32,398 nt of DNA from Stramenopiles sp. TOSAG23-6 (taxonomy: Eukaryota): contig LT635958.1 in the NCBI GenBank assembly GCA_900128565.1, positions 1 through 32,398 on the forward strand, given 5' to 3'. Within the stretch, counting starts at the first letter, position 1, and each line of letters begins with the position of its first letter. Below the pieces are notes generated by a model. The model saw only the letters and a program-made list of their open reading frames with translations, was not told the DNA's origin and ran no database searches. Made by a program: the position numbers and the translations under genes. Positions 1 to 11,888 of this stretch are shown one piece after another.

Positions 1-53
1 GTACAAAATTTCGTACGAAAAAAAAATCAAATTTGAAAAAAAATAAAACATAC
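1..53 (-). other. Family intron #1, truncated by window edge
   Basis: Minus strand AT|GTATGTTTTATTTTTTTTCAAATTTG...TTTCGTACGAAATTTTGTAC, same architecture as the other copies; cut just before the expected CTAAC. Confidence 0.8.
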
Positions 54-1324
54 ATATTACTGTCTTCAAAATTAATATTTTTATCAAATGTAGTGCCCTC
101 ATCGTCATTGAAATTTTGGTTAGAGCTACCACCACTCACAACACGATAATTGTTATTTTCTTTGATAGTTTCACTTTTTTTACGAAGATTATCAATTTGG
201 TGGCGTAAGTTTTGATTTGTTGAATATTGAACTTTCACAGTCTCCTGTAAATGTTCAATCTGTGCGTTTTGCTGCTTTATTGTTTTTTCACTCGTTACTA
301 ATTTTTCCAATCTATCCCGACGAGCTACAGCATCATTAATAAATGGACTTTCGCATAATTGTTGCATACGATTTTCTAAATCATGTGCATCATCTTTCGC
401 AACTCGTAGTTCATCTTCTAGTTCTAGAATTCTTTGTTTCTGTAAATTATTACTCGTTTGATTAGCAGACATATCTTGTACATTTCTTCGTAGTTCACGA
501 ATTGTCAGATTATATTGATCCATTTGTGCCATCGTACGTTCTTGAATATCCTTTGCTGCATCAGCTTTAGCTTTGAGGTTATCATATCGTGTCTCCATTA
601 GTGTTCGTTGTGCAGTTTGATCTCGTAAGTCTCTTCGAAGTATCCGTAACTCATCATCTATATATGAAACATCATGGTTATTAGAATACGTTGAAGAGGA
701 GTTACTTTGTTTTGCAATACGTCGAGATAAATTGTCTCGATCTTGAGCCAGTCTTTGCATATGTGCTTCAGTACTAGCAACACGAGCACGAAGGGCATTC
801 ACCAATTGCTGCGTTCTTTGGTTTGGTGCAGATGACGCAAAACTGCGAAGCATATTTTCAAGTCCGTCTTTCCTGGGACTATTATTTTGAGATTGGTTGG
901 AGAGAGTTGATAAACCAATGCGATTCCCAGATTTACCATTTTTAATACGCGGACTAGACCTTACCGGTCCAGATCGATTACGCATGCGGCCTCCTCTCCC
1001 ACGGCGGGAACCTCCTCGTTGTACTTCTGCTCGTAGCTTTTTTACCTGTGTTGTAAGTGCTGCATTAGCACGGGTCAGAGTTTCATTTCGACTTCGTAAA
1101 TCATCAATGAGATCACGCTCATCGCGAGTATAGTTACCGCCTCCGAAATCATCTGGATTTGGTATGCCTTTCCTTTTGAGTGACTCTCTAATCTTTGCTA
1201 GCTTTGTATACATTCGCTTAATTGTCTCTGCCTGTTCATTACACTTTTTCTTCAATGCATCATAGCCATGCTCTCCTTCTTTTAGACGTAGATATTTATC
1301 TTCCCATACAGATGCACGCGACAT
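54..1324 (-). CDS. RPGRIP1L: RPGRIP1L/fantom (MKS5)-like ciliary transition-zone coiled-coil protein; first exon, gene continues off the left edge after an intron
   Basis: Not in the ORF track. My translation from ATG at 1324 is open for about 423 codons: MSRASVWEDKYLRLKE...NEQAETIKRMYTKLAKI. This resembles the RPGRIP1L N-terminus as I recall it (LEDRFLRL...IKRMATKL). Long coiled coil follows, ending at an AT|GTATGT donor. Confidence 0.75.
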
Positions 1325-1647
1325 TACGCCGAATATTTAGTATATGAGAATTATTGTGAAATTGTAACACTTCTAATTGCTGTTACCTTGGATAGAAAAT
1401 GCGTATTTTTGAAATATTGAAACAAAGGGAAGATTTTCTTTGTGCTTTTGGCAGTTATTTATAACGGGCGTATCTTCTTCTTCCAAACAAATTCGAAATT
1501 CAGCGTCAGCGAGGAATAATTTGCGAGGAATTCTTCAAATTCCGTTATTTTCATGAAAATAACGTCTCTTCATTTGACATTATTTATAATATAATATTAA
1601 ATCTTTGCACGAGTCTGATTCTGACTCGTTGGCTAAGAGAATTCAAA

Positions 1648-2919
1648 ATGTCCAAAGAAAGCTCCAATGAAGTACTGCTTTCTAAAGTTATACCAAAGCC
1701 AACGTTTAGTGTACCAATTGATATTTTATGTATGGCTGCCATGGATAAAACTTGTGACTTCAAACCAATGAAGCTTCAACGGCGACCAATGAAAGAGTCG
1801 GACGTCGTTATCGATATGAAATTTTGTGGTGTTTGTCATTCCGACCTCCACAATGCTGCAAATGATATAACAATTCTAGGAGGTTGTAAATATCCAATTG
1901 TTCCAGGTCATGAACTGGCTGGTGTATGTATTGCAGTTGGTTCTAAAGTCACAAAATTTAAGGTTGGTGATCATGTAGGAGTAGGCTGTTTAGTAGATAG
2001 TTGTTTGAGTTGTAAAGCTTGCAACCGTGGAGAGGAACAAAAGTGCAAAAAATGTGTAAGTACATACCAAGGGCAAGATAATGGTAGTGGTCGGGCTCAA
2101 ACTTATCCTGAAAATGGAATGACACTTGGAGGATATAGTACTACTATGGTTGTTAATGAACACTTTGCGATTAAAATTCCCAAAGAATATCCTCTCGAAT
2201 TTGCAGGCCCAGTAATGTGTGCAGGGGTAACAATGTATGATCCATTACGCAGGCAAAATGCAGGGAGAGGAACACGTGTTGGTATTGTCGGTTTAGGTGG
2301 ACTTGGTCAGATGGGTGTCTCCATAGCAAAAGTGATGGGTTGTTTTGTTACTGTTATTTCTAGATCACAAGCAAAATCGACTTTTGCAGAGGAACTAGGA
2401 GCTCATAATTTTTTGCTTTCTACTTCATTGGAAGGTATGAAACGTTCCAGAAAGTCACTAGATATTATCTTGAATACAATACCGGTTGCTCATGATTATA
2501 ATATATATAAACAATTGCTTGCAACAGGTGGAAAACAAGTTTTACTAGGACTTCATCCAGCTTTAGCTGCTGCGATGATAGTTGACCAAATTACTTGTCA
2601 CCATTCAAAGGTAATTGCTTCAGGCATTGGTGGTATTGAATGTACTCAGGAAGTCATGAATTTATGCAATGATCATAAGATATACCCACAGATTGAGGTA
2701 TTTCCAGTGGAGGAGTTAAATAGAGTTTTCGAAGCTCTTGACGCAAGTAATGCTACTGGTACAAGATATGTAATGGACATTGCTGGAACTTTGAACAGTG
2801 ACGCATTTAGTCGTTGTAACGCACCTCCTCCAATCTTAGAGGAAAACCGTTCAACTTTTGGTATATGCAACAGCTGTTTTGCATGTTGTCAAATGTTTTG
2901 GTGCTGTAAGTGGTGTTAA
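1648..2919 (+). CDS. Zn-dependent medium-chain alcohol dehydrogenase (cinnamyl-alcohol dehydrogenase/YahK-like) with Cys-rich C-terminal tail
   Basis: CGVCHSD, GHE, structural Zn CLSCKAC-x7-C, PVMCAGVT, Rossmann GLGGLG. Confidence 0.93.
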   Translation: MSKESSNEVLLSKVIPKPTFSVPIDILCMAAMDKTCDFKPMKLQRRPMKESDVVIDMKFCGVCHSDLHNAANDITILGGCKYPIVPGHELAGVCIAVGSKVTKFKVGDHVGVGCLVDSCLSCKACNRGEEQKCKKCVSTYQGQDNGSGRAQTYPENGMTLGGYSTTMVVNEHFAIKIPKEYPLEFAGPVMCAGVTMYDPLRRQNAGRGTRVGIVGLGGLGQMGVSIAKVMGCFVTVISRSQAKSTFAEELGAHNFLLSTSLEGMKRSRKSLDIILNTIPVAHDYNIYKQLLATGGKQVLLGLHPALAAAMIVDQITCHHSKVIASGIGGIECTQEVMNLCNDHKIYPQIEVFPVEELNRVFEALDASNATGTRYVMDIAGTLNSDAFSRCNAPPPILEENRSTFGICNSCFACCQMFWCCKWC

Positions 2920-3471
2920 TTTCGAGAGTTAAATAAAATGTTTTATTGTTTTGGTTACAAATTTTAAATTTATGTAGTTATGAAGCATCCTTGCTAGGGT
3001 TAGGGTTTGACGACGAGTCAAAATGTTGACATCAAAATTCAAACGTGAAAAAAAAAAATGCAAATTTTGCAAGTGGAAGGCACTGCAAGCAAACTTATTC
3101 ATAATATATTAATCTTACATTGACAACGTAAGTGACACTGTTTTATACGTATATTAAACGATGATTTATCTTACTACATCACCCCAATTCAAAGCTTACC
3201 TCCACAAGTCGTGCGGAAATGATCAAAAATTGTCACGAAAAGATATGAGCAACGCTTGTATGGCAGCTGGTTCGTTCGCATCGTGATGAGTCGTTTTCTT
3301 CCAGATGGAATAATATTGAAGTCTTTTTCAATTATAAAAAAACATTCAATTACACGTACAACATACAATCAATAAATTTAATTTATTTGGTATCATACTT
3401 TTTTTTTATCAATTTTCGAACGAAAATCGCAACACAAGGTCAAATATAGGGTTATAAATGAAAAACACAAT

Positions 3472-5028
3472 CTACCTTTGCATAGTATTCGTGTCAACAT
3501 TCAGTAAAATTTGACCCTGTTTCTGTGCCACCATCATATCAGCTAATAAACTCTGGCCTTTACCACCGGTACCAGTTACAACAACATTCTCATTGTCAGC
3601 TAGGGCAGAATACATTGCAATTTGTTGTTTTTTTAAGTTATACTGACGAACACTTTCAAGAGACTTTGCCGCTGCGCCTTCTGCAGCAGCTACAACAGCC
3701 TTACACTCACTTTGACACTTTTCTTCGGCTAACAAAGCATCAGCGTTTCTTTTCATTACAAAAGCATCACATTCAGCATTCAGTTTTTCCGATGTTGCTG
3801 CAGCTTTTGCCTTATATTGTTCCAAAACATTGACTGTTTCAGAATCCAACTTTTGGACAGCTAATCTACCTTTCGCTGTAATCTCTCTAATTTGGGCAGC
3901 TTCTTCTTCCTGGATTGCAGCAACTTTCTTCGACGTTTCAGCATTTACAGAATCAAGAATCTTTCTGGCTTCAGCAACAGCTCGAGTTCCTCTTTCAGTT
4001 TCTTTTTCTTGATCTTCTTTGTTCTTCTGATTGACCGTTTGCATTTCTTCACCCTGCTTAATAAGCTGCATTTCACTAAGCTGTCGCATTTTCTGCTCTT
4101 CAATAATAGCACTATATGTTGTGCGCTCTTCCATTTGTTTTTCAAATGTCGGAGGTAAACGAACTCGTTGAATGGCGACGTCAATAATTTCAACTCCATA
4201 TCGATTAAATTGACGATTTAATGCTAATTTCATATCTTCGGTTACATCGACACTCTTCTGTTTAGCAGATCGTATAGCTTCAGCATTACCCATTGGTGCA
4301 GTAGGTCCACCAAGTTTGTTCATCTCAATCCCAGGACCAATCGTATCAGCTTTTTTTGCTTCCATTGCTTTGGGTGGCATCATTAGTTGACTCATATCCA
4401 TTTTACCTTCTGCATTCCAATGTGGACCTTGTCGATTTCCAGATGCAGACTGAGAACGGAGGGCATATACTTCAGTGTGCTTTACTGATCTTGCCAATGC
4501 GCGAACACGTTCGTCTTGAGCGTCCTTTAACTGACGTCCCAATTCTACAGGTCCTAGTTTGTGAACAAACTCTCTCACAAGTCTGGATTCTTCATTACGA
4601 GCCACATCTCCCTTGATACGGATATTTACACAAATGTCAATCGTCACGGTAACGTCATCTGAAGTTTTACAACCACGGATAGGTGTATCAAACACAATTG
4701 CTTGTTTTGTCACAAGATGAGAAATGCGACGTTCGTTCCACGGGAAGCATGAAGCCCAATGAAACCCGGCAGGCCATACAGGTTGATCATCAAAATCAAC
4801 ATCGCGCCCTGCATCTTGCACAAGGCCATACATACCAGATGGAATTGTAATAAATGGACAACACCACCGACGTGTTGGAATTAAAAGCACTGGTGTTTCA
4901 AAAGGGTCATGTTTACCTCCGAAAATTTCATTTGCTTCAGCAGACCGAGATATTATCTTTGAAACTAATTTAGTCTCTTTACCTCCGTCAGGAATTTGAT
5001 CCCACTTATTTGGCTTTTTCTTGAACAT
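3472..5028 (-). CDS. SPFH/band-7 domain protein with C-terminal coiled coil
   Basis: CKTSDDVTVTID and LNRQFNRYGVEIIDVAIQRVRLP are SPFH-type motifs; Ala/Glu-rich coiled coil follows. Confidence 0.82.
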   Translation of the reverse strand: MFKKKPNKWDQIPDGGKETKLVSKIISRSAEANEIFGGKHDPFETPVLLIPTRRWCCPFITIPSGMYGLVQDAGRDVDFDDQPVWPAGFHWASCFPWNERRISHLVTKQAIVFDTPIRGCKTSDDVTVTIDICVNIRIKGDVARNEESRLVREFVHKLGPVELGRQLKDAQDERVRALARSVKHTEVYALRSQSASGNRQGPHWNAEGKMDMSQLMMPPKAMEAKKADTIGPGIEMNKLGGPTAPMGNAEAIRSAKQKSVDVTEDMKLALNRQFNRYGVEIIDVAIQRVRLPPTFEKQMEERTTYSAIIEEQKMRQLSEMQLIKQGEEMQTVNQKNKEDQEKETERGTRAVAEARKILDSVNAETSKKVAAIQEEEAAQIREITAKGRLAVQKLDSETVNVLEQYKAKAAATSEKLNAECDAFVMKRNADALLAEEKCQSECKAVVAAAEGAAAKSLESVRQYNLKKQQIAMYSALADNENVVVTGTGGKGQSLLADMMVAQKQGQILLNVDTNTMQR

Positions 5029-5398
5029 TTTAAAGGTGGTATATTAATTCGTCTTTGGAACGGAGAAGTGTAAAATAGAAAACCAGCAGAGTTGGCCAAG
5101 TAGCTAGCTCGAGGCAACACAAAAAGCGTGGCCAAGAAAAACGAAGAAAAACTTTTTTTTTGCGGAGCAGCTGCTATGCAGACAAACCTGCTCAGCTTGT
5201 CTGATGTGTCGTCGTTGTTTTTCGTTTTTGCTATATTTGATGAGGAGAGAGGAGTAGTCAATGCGGAGTCAATCCCAAGAAGACTTGAACAACAATAAAA
5301 ACTCTTCATAATAACGGTGACTGAGGAGTAAATTTCACTTTATTCTTGACAATTTTATTGGATTAGACAAATCTACGTGAGCACTGTATATATACTGG

Positions 5399-8035
5399 AT
5401 GAATAAGTCTTTTGCGATGAACTATATCACAGTTATATATGTTGTTTATGTAAATGTTTTAACAAAGTATGGAGTTTGTTCTGCTGAAGGAACACAGACA
5501 ATGTCATCTTCATTTGGTGCAGCACAACCAACAAAGATAACAAAAGGGATTGGACACAACCAATACAATACCCTCCCACCATCTCATGCACCGAACTTGT
5601 CAGGTTATTATCCGCAAACTCACCAATACACGAATTATCCAAATTATCAGAGTATGCCTCCTCCTACATATTACAACAGTGGAGGGCATCAACCACGAGC
5701 TCACCAGTATCATAAAGTACCTCAATATGGAAATAATGGACAACCCCCGCCGAGTAGTCTCCCAAATCATCATGCATATTCATATCCTCCGTATAATACT
5801 GGTCAAAGTTATATTCCTACTTCTTCTTATGAAAACCAAATATATTCAAATCAACAGCAAATGCACTCCTTTCAGAGCCCTGGTTCACCTCCTATGGGAT
5901 TTATCGACCCAGGAGATGCACCACCAGGTCCACAACGGGAAACGCGTCGTAATGAACGTCTTACAAGATGGTTAGAGCAAAATAGTATTCCTGGACATAA
6001 TCTTGAATTAACAACATTTTCTGGAGCCTTACCAAATACTCAGTACAGAGGTATGAAAACAAAAGTTGATGTTAAAGCTGGAGACGTATTGCTTCAAATA
6101 CCAAAAAGTGTTTTACTTTCTGAAGTTACAGCTAAATCATCTGGTCCAGAGGAAATCCAAATTCTATTTAAAGAACTTAGTAACTCTGGATCTGTGCCGG
6201 GTAAGGTACTATTAGCTTTGCACTTGCTTCGTGAATATTTTGACAGCCAATCTAAATGGGCCCCGTGGCTTCGAACTTTACCATCTCAAGCTGGAAATTT
6301 ATTATATTTTTCTGATGCTGAAATAACTGAAATGCAATGCCCTTCTGATGGATGTCCTGTTCTTGAAAAAGCACGCTCTGTTCGTATAGAATTATACAAA
6401 GTCTGGGAGACAATGAAACCTGTAATGGAGAAAGTGAATTTAATACCTAAAGGTCATTTTTCATACGAAAATTTTCAGTGGGCTTATTTGACAGTTACTA
6501 GTAGAGTATTTTCAATACGTGTTAATGATCGTTATGGTTATGGTTTAGTTGATGGAAATAAAGATAACTTTGGGACGTATTACATTGCTGCACCTTTTGC
6601 TGATATGGTAAATCACCATAATACTGAACCAGCAATACAATTTACATATGGATATAATGACAAAACGAATATGATTGAATTATTTGCTGATCAAGATTAT
6701 ACCGCTGGGCAAGAAGTATATATCTCATATGGTATTCTTACAAATCCTGATTTATTATTAAATTATGGATTTGTCTTGCGTGATAATTTATTTGAAAGTG
6801 TTGCATTGCGCATGGAAATTGATCACCAAACTCCTTTTTTTCATATGAAGAAAGCATTACTCATGTATGTTTTATTTTATTTTTTCAATTTCGAATTTAT
6901 TTTTCGTACGAGATTTTGTACCTAACGAATTTTAGTTTTTTTTTTTTGAAATATTTTTACAAAATACATTCATCACGAGTTGGTTTTCGATGAGTCAAAG
7001 AAAACATCAAATAATTCTACGATACAAAATACACAAAATACAAAAGAAAATGGTAATAAGGCTTCATATGAAGATCCAGTGATAAAAAAACGTCCAAATT
7101 CGATTGATTTTCTTACGACACAGATAAATTTAGTGGGTGATGCTTCTCAGCAGTTTATAACAGCATTACGTATTAAATCGTTTACACCAAAACCTGAAGA
7201 TATTGTAGCATTTAATTCTGTAAACAATACTATTGATGAAATATACCCAAGAAATACATCAAAATTGATGAATAATTCTACATTACCTATCTTCCCCATT
7301 TTGCCTGAGATATTTCCAGAAAACCCTTTGAGTGCAACAAATGAATTTGAAGTATATAATGGATTACTCATTAATCTTGAACAACTTCTTGGAGTATATC
7401 CAACAACATTACAACAAGATGTAGAAATATCACGAAAAGCATCTTCATATTTTACAAGTAATCCAAGATTAGCATCAGCACTTGTGATGCGAATTGAAGT
7501 AAAACGTATATTACATGCTGCATTGTTACAATGTTTCATTGGTATTAAAACTGCATTTGATTTAATATCGAAAGAACAACGACATCGTGCGTCTTCTTCG
7601 GTTGAACATGATATGTGGAAGCACTGGGATGATGGGATGAAAACATGGTTAATTCAGTGGGAAAATTGGCAACAGGATATTGATACTGTTTGGGGTAAAA
7701 ATGAATCAATGAGAACACATATGGATCGTACATTCAATTTTACTGATATTTTGGATAGTGCTGGCGATCAACGGATTGAAAATATGATACATGATGGAAT
7801 TGCGTTGGGTGCAACAGAGTCAAATGATAAGAATTTCAATAAAGTGAAGGAGATTCCTAAAAGTTATGGTAATGAGAATAATCAGGAATCAAAATCACAG
7901 CCTATGACAATTGGTCAATTATTAGCCAAATCTCAAGCTGTCATTGCTGCAGCAAATCAAAAGAAAGGAAGCAAAGTTGATGCTGAAATCGCAACTCAGA
8001 AGATGATGGAAAACATAATTCAAAGTCTGATTTGA
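5399..8035 (+). CDS. SET-domain methyltransferase (SETD3/Rubisco-LSMT-like); exons 5399-6864 and 6970-8035, start codon uncertain
   Basis: YRGM, SKWAPWLRTLP, FQWAYLTVTSRVF, PFADMVNH, EVYISYG, LLLNYGFV. The second ORF is in the same frame and has an LSMT substrate-binding-like YPTTLQQD segment. Confidence 0.85.
6865..6969 (+). other. Family intron #2 (105 nt, GT...CAT; equivalently AT...AC at 6863-6967)
   Basis: AT|GTATGT...TTTCGTACGAGATTTTGTACCTAAC...ATATTTTTACAAAATACAT|T. Contains the in-frame stop; removal gives KALL-I-HHELVF. Confidence 0.75.
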
Positions 8036-8121
8036 AAAGCAAACATAATACAAATAATAAAACATTTGATTTTATTACAATATTTTTAATTTTTAAACAC
8101 ATGCAAGATAGAGCAATATCA

Positions 8122-8994
8122 TTAACAAGGAATAGCAGTGTATACTTTTGATAAATCACGCATTGAACGACGAAGTTTTGTTGTCATCTTTGCCATAGTT
8201 TTTCGATCTAATAATAATGTATCAACCCAGAGTTTTTTTTCCGCCACTGTTCTTAATTTGTTTAATGCTATCCTATCTTCTTTAACAAAAGATCGTTCGA
8301 TTAAAGTCTCAAATGAATTCGCATCAAAAATGTCATCCAAAACATCATCAAGTGTATCAGGTTCATTGTCTGATTCCAATAACAAATCATCCAATAAGTC
8401 ATCCAACATGTCATCTTCACCCACGATATCTTTAGATTCAAGTAATGCATTAGAATCCAAAACACTATTAAGATAATTATCCGCCACTTCAGGTTCTATT
8501 ACCCTTGAATCAAATTTGGAAACTGGAATACGTTCTGTACATTGGGTTGAAGTTGCATGGTTTTTTATACCAGGCAATTGTAAATTCACAGAAGGCTTGC
8601 CCTGGTTGGAACGACGGCGGACACGTTCACGTGCTCGCTGGCGCGCACGCTCTCGGCGGTCATTTCTATTTAGTGAAAGTGTTTGCTTTCTCGGTTTCCG
8701 TGCTCGTAGCTCAGCACTGTGTTTAATTTCTTTATCATAACTTGATAGCTCACGTGGCGATATTGCAAGCATAGGTTTACTAATATCGACTGAACGTTTT
8801 TGACGGTTTCTGTTGCGAGCTCGAAGCTTTGCTAATTCTCGACGGGATACTTTAGTAGCCGGTATAACTTCTATGTGATTATGTTTCTCCAAAATTGAAT
8901 CTTTTACGGAAACATCTTTAACTTGGGAACCACTTTCTGTGGTTTCTTCTTCCTCCGCGGAAAAAAAATCCTCATCGTCAATTATTGAAACCAT
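8122..8994 (-). CDS. Hypothetical protein, 290 aa, with basic then acidic blocks
   Basis: Long ATG-initiated ORF with coding-like composition; no family recognised. Confidence 0.7.
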   Translation of the reverse strand: MVSIIDDEDFFSAEEEETTESGSQVKDVSVKDSILEKHNHIEVIPATKVSRRELAKLRARNRNRQKRSVDISKPMLAISPRELSSYDKEIKHSAELRARKPRKQTLSLNRNDRRERARQRARERVRRRSNQGKPSVNLQLPGIKNHATSTQCTERIPVSKFDSRVIEPEVADNYLNSVLDSNALLESKDIVGEDDMLDDLLDDLLLESDNEPDTLDDVLDDIFDANSFETLIERSFVKEDRIALNKLRTVAEKKLWVDTLLLDRKTMAKMTTKLRRSMRDLSKVYTAIPC

Positions 8995-9503
8995 CTACAA
9001 ACGTCTACCACAAAAACTGCTTTATGCCAACGATTATGAAAATCCACAAGAACTGACTATCGAAAAGTAAGTGTAAAAATGAAGACTAGCTGGTGGCTAA
9101 CACTTCAGTATATATTAAAGGCGAGTAGCGTCGCTGTGCAGCTTAATATATTTCGAAATACGCAAAAGTCATCAGGAAGGAAGTGACCACCTTGAAGACT
9201 CAAGTCAAGTCAAATCTCTTCGATACCCGGTACCGATAAATAATAAAAGAATTTTGTAATTGTCATAATTAAATAATTAAATGTAGTCTAATATTATAAT
9301 ATATGATAATATCACATTGGAATTCCTGGAGGCGACCGAAAGCATCACCGTGTTATCATCCGCATTTGATTCTTGTAGGTAAATTTGGACATTTGAAATT
9401 CAAAAATAAAAGAAAACAAGATTAATACTTTTAAAAAATATACATAATTTAATATTAATAATGTAAATTCCAATATTATCTTTCTAATTTACTTGTATAA
9501 TGC

Positions 9504-11447
9504 TTATTTGGTAACCATTAATGTAGCAACAACAGCAGTGACATCATCATTATTCTTATACACAGCGTGTGCGCTATCTACTATAAGACGTGCAGCAATC
9601 TCAGCTTTTTCAGCGTGTAATATTCTACCGCTGTGTTGATATTGCTGTTCGCCGTTCTCAAATGTAGCGTGATTATTAGAAGTATCATCACATTGCCCAC
9701 AATGTAAATTAGCCATACTAGCCTCAGTTATATCTGAAGCTTCTTGTAATAATGCTGCGCATTTCAAAGGAGATATTACATCCCATAAGCCATCTGTTGC
9801 TAAAACAATAAACAATAGCATGTTGTTACTACTAGAATTTGAACTAACTATTTGATTGATTGAATGAACTGTAACTTCAGGTGTTGCACACACTCCAAAT
9901 CGTTTAAGGTCCTGATCACCAATTGCACGTGATAATGATATATCTCGATTTATTCGATATAATGCTTTTTTACCGTGAGCTTGAGCGATCGCTACTAGTC
10001 GTGCAACTTCCTCTGCGTTTTCTACAGTTACATTTTGCCCATGCACCTCAACAAATCCTTCTTCTGTTGAACAAACTCTTTTCAATTCTTCCATTTGCGA
10101 AGGCTTGTGGGCACGAGATAATAATGTCCAGCTTCCAGGTGGAAGAAGTTGGCAAGAATTTTTTGGTGATACCCAAGCTTGAAATTCTTCAATTTTTGAA
10201 CTTGCATCTAATAACTCTGATAAGTTATAACATTGTAAATTTGTTGAACCCGAACATTTTACACGTCTTACGGGTAATGAACCAGATCCAGGCCCAAAAT
10301 GTATTTCTTTATCAACTATATCATGATTGACAAAATTCTCTGTTGTTTTTTCTGTGTCATTTCTATTTAAAACATCTTTTTTACTTGTTTCTACACCTAA
10401 GGCATGATACATAAGAGCGCCACTATCCCCAACATTTGCACAGTATATTTTACCTCTTTCTTCATCTATTAAAACGGCACATAAAGCAGCGCCAGGATAT
10501 AACTCTTTTTTGTATAATTTCCAAAAATCCTGTTGAACGTTTACATAGTGACTCAATTCACTTTCACACGAAATCCCACTTCGTTTCCCATGTTCTTTAG
10601 CTGCTCTTCCTAAGGCATTACGATACACTGACTCAAGTGGATAAGTATTCCATTCATAAATATTGAATTTTGGGCCAACTTCTTGCACAAAAGTAACATA
10701 AAACTTCTTCCCATTATCTCGCACCAAAGAAACCCAACGTCTTTTACAAAATTCCTCGTCGACACTGCAAATGGCTTTACTGAGAGCTTCTTTTATTGCT
10801 TTTTCTTCAATAATGGCTGCAATCGTATTCGCTTTATCGGATGAATTCATATTAATTGGTTTAAGAGTATCTTCTTTACGGAGCTGTTCTATAATAAATT
10901 CACCTAGGGCTTCAGTACAAAAGCGTGCCGCATGGTTTGATCTGTGACCATCAAAAACACCAAATAGATGAAACACGCGATTATTCACATTCAACTTTAC
11001 ACTGGAAGATGATTTCATTCCCTTACCTTTTGCAGAGTTAGTACTATTGTTTTTTTGGTATGTACTGTGTGGAGCACTTTCTTCCGGTTGGTGAGACAAA
11101 ATATCTAATACAGCTGAAAATGCATCTTCCGATGCTCCTCCACGGGTGGAACGCTTTCTACCGTCAACCGCGGCAACACCAAACCCAGATAAAAATAAAG
11201 GAACCTTACGCCGTCTACAGGAACGACCCAATGTTCCCCAAGCTCCACAAGATCTTCCATGAACACCTGGAAGAGGACCTGCAGTTGTGGCTGACATAAC
11301 GGGAGTTGGGTCTCGGCGGCCGTCCATGAATTCGTCGGGTAAACAAGATCCATGGTATAGTCGTTCGTCCGCGGGTGTACGTTTACTTCGGTGTTTAAAG
11401 AACTTTTTCATCTGCTTTTTTGCACGCTTCTTTTCCTCATGAAACAT
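9504..11447 (-). CDS. PP2C/PPM-family protein phosphatase
   Basis: SEDA, FGVFDGH, ANVGDS, HKP, SRAIGD, LATDGLWD, NDDVT. First ATG at 11447. Confidence 0.92.
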   Translation of the reverse strand: MFHEEKKRAKKQMKKFFKHRSKRTPADERLYHGSCLPDEFMDGRRDPTPVMSATTAGPLPGVHGRSCGAWGTLGRSCRRRKVPLFLSGFGVAAVDGRKRSTRGGASEDAFSAVLDILSHQPEESAPHSTYQKNNSTNSAKGKGMKSSSSVKLNVNNRVFHLFGVFDGHRSNHAARFCTEALGEFIIEQLRKEDTLKPINMNSSDKANTIAAIIEEKAIKEALSKAICSVDEEFCKRRWVSLVRDNGKKFYVTFVQEVGPKFNIYEWNTYPLESVYRNALGRAAKEHGKRSGISCESELSHYVNVQQDFWKLYKKELYPGAALCAVLIDEERGKIYCANVGDSGALMYHALGVETSKKDVLNRNDTEKTTENFVNHDIVDKEIHFGPGSGSLPVRRVKCSGSTNLQCYNLSELLDASSKIEEFQAWVSPKNSCQLLPPGSWTLLSRAHKPSQMEELKRVCSTEEGFVEVHGQNVTVENAEEVARLVAIAQAHGKKALYRINRDISLSRAIGDQDLKRFGVCATPEVTVHSINQIVSSNSSSNNMLLFIVLATDGLWDVISPLKCAALLQEASDITEASMANLHCGQCDDTSNNHATFENGEQQYQHSGRILHAEKAEIAARLIVDSAHAVYKNNDDVTAVVATLMVTK

Positions 11448-11888
11448 GCTCAAGCAAAAGAATTTAAAAAATTGTAAACACGTTCAAATTTGCATTAGTT
11501 ACAAGTCTTTTTTAATTTTCCCCAGAGAAAAAATTTATAGGAAGCAAATTCTACGTTCCTGCCTGCATTTTTCGTTTGAATTTTGCGGAATTTTCGAATT
11601 TTCGTTTCGAAAAAAAAATCAAATCACATCTCCGAAATCGGCAAGCGCATTACGCATTACCAAGCAGGTTTACGACAGCAACACTTGTACTTTCATTTGT
11701 CATTCATTTATGTGAAAAGCAAATTCCACATTAATTATCAAGTGAAACTCATAAATATTGTGTATTCATTTCATCTGCAAAAAAATATTGTTTGGTCAGG
11801 ATTTCAAACTTAATTTATTGTATGATTTAACAAAAATAAAGTCTTTTTTGTTTTAATCAAAAATTAAATATACAATATAATGACAGTT

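Noticed and set aside
3020-3320. Small gene or snoRNA between the ADH and SPFH genes (GTAAGT, GTGATGA)
   Set aside because: Only short ORFs of about 40 aa or less, and no matching D box.
6863-6967. Calling the family U12-type AT-AC introns
   Set aside because: No RTATCCTT donor or TCCTTAAC branch. Shifted ends would be CC and TC in copies #5 and #4, and copy #8 gives the better TLFS reading only with a GT donor. AT-AC excision cannot be excluded for individual copies.
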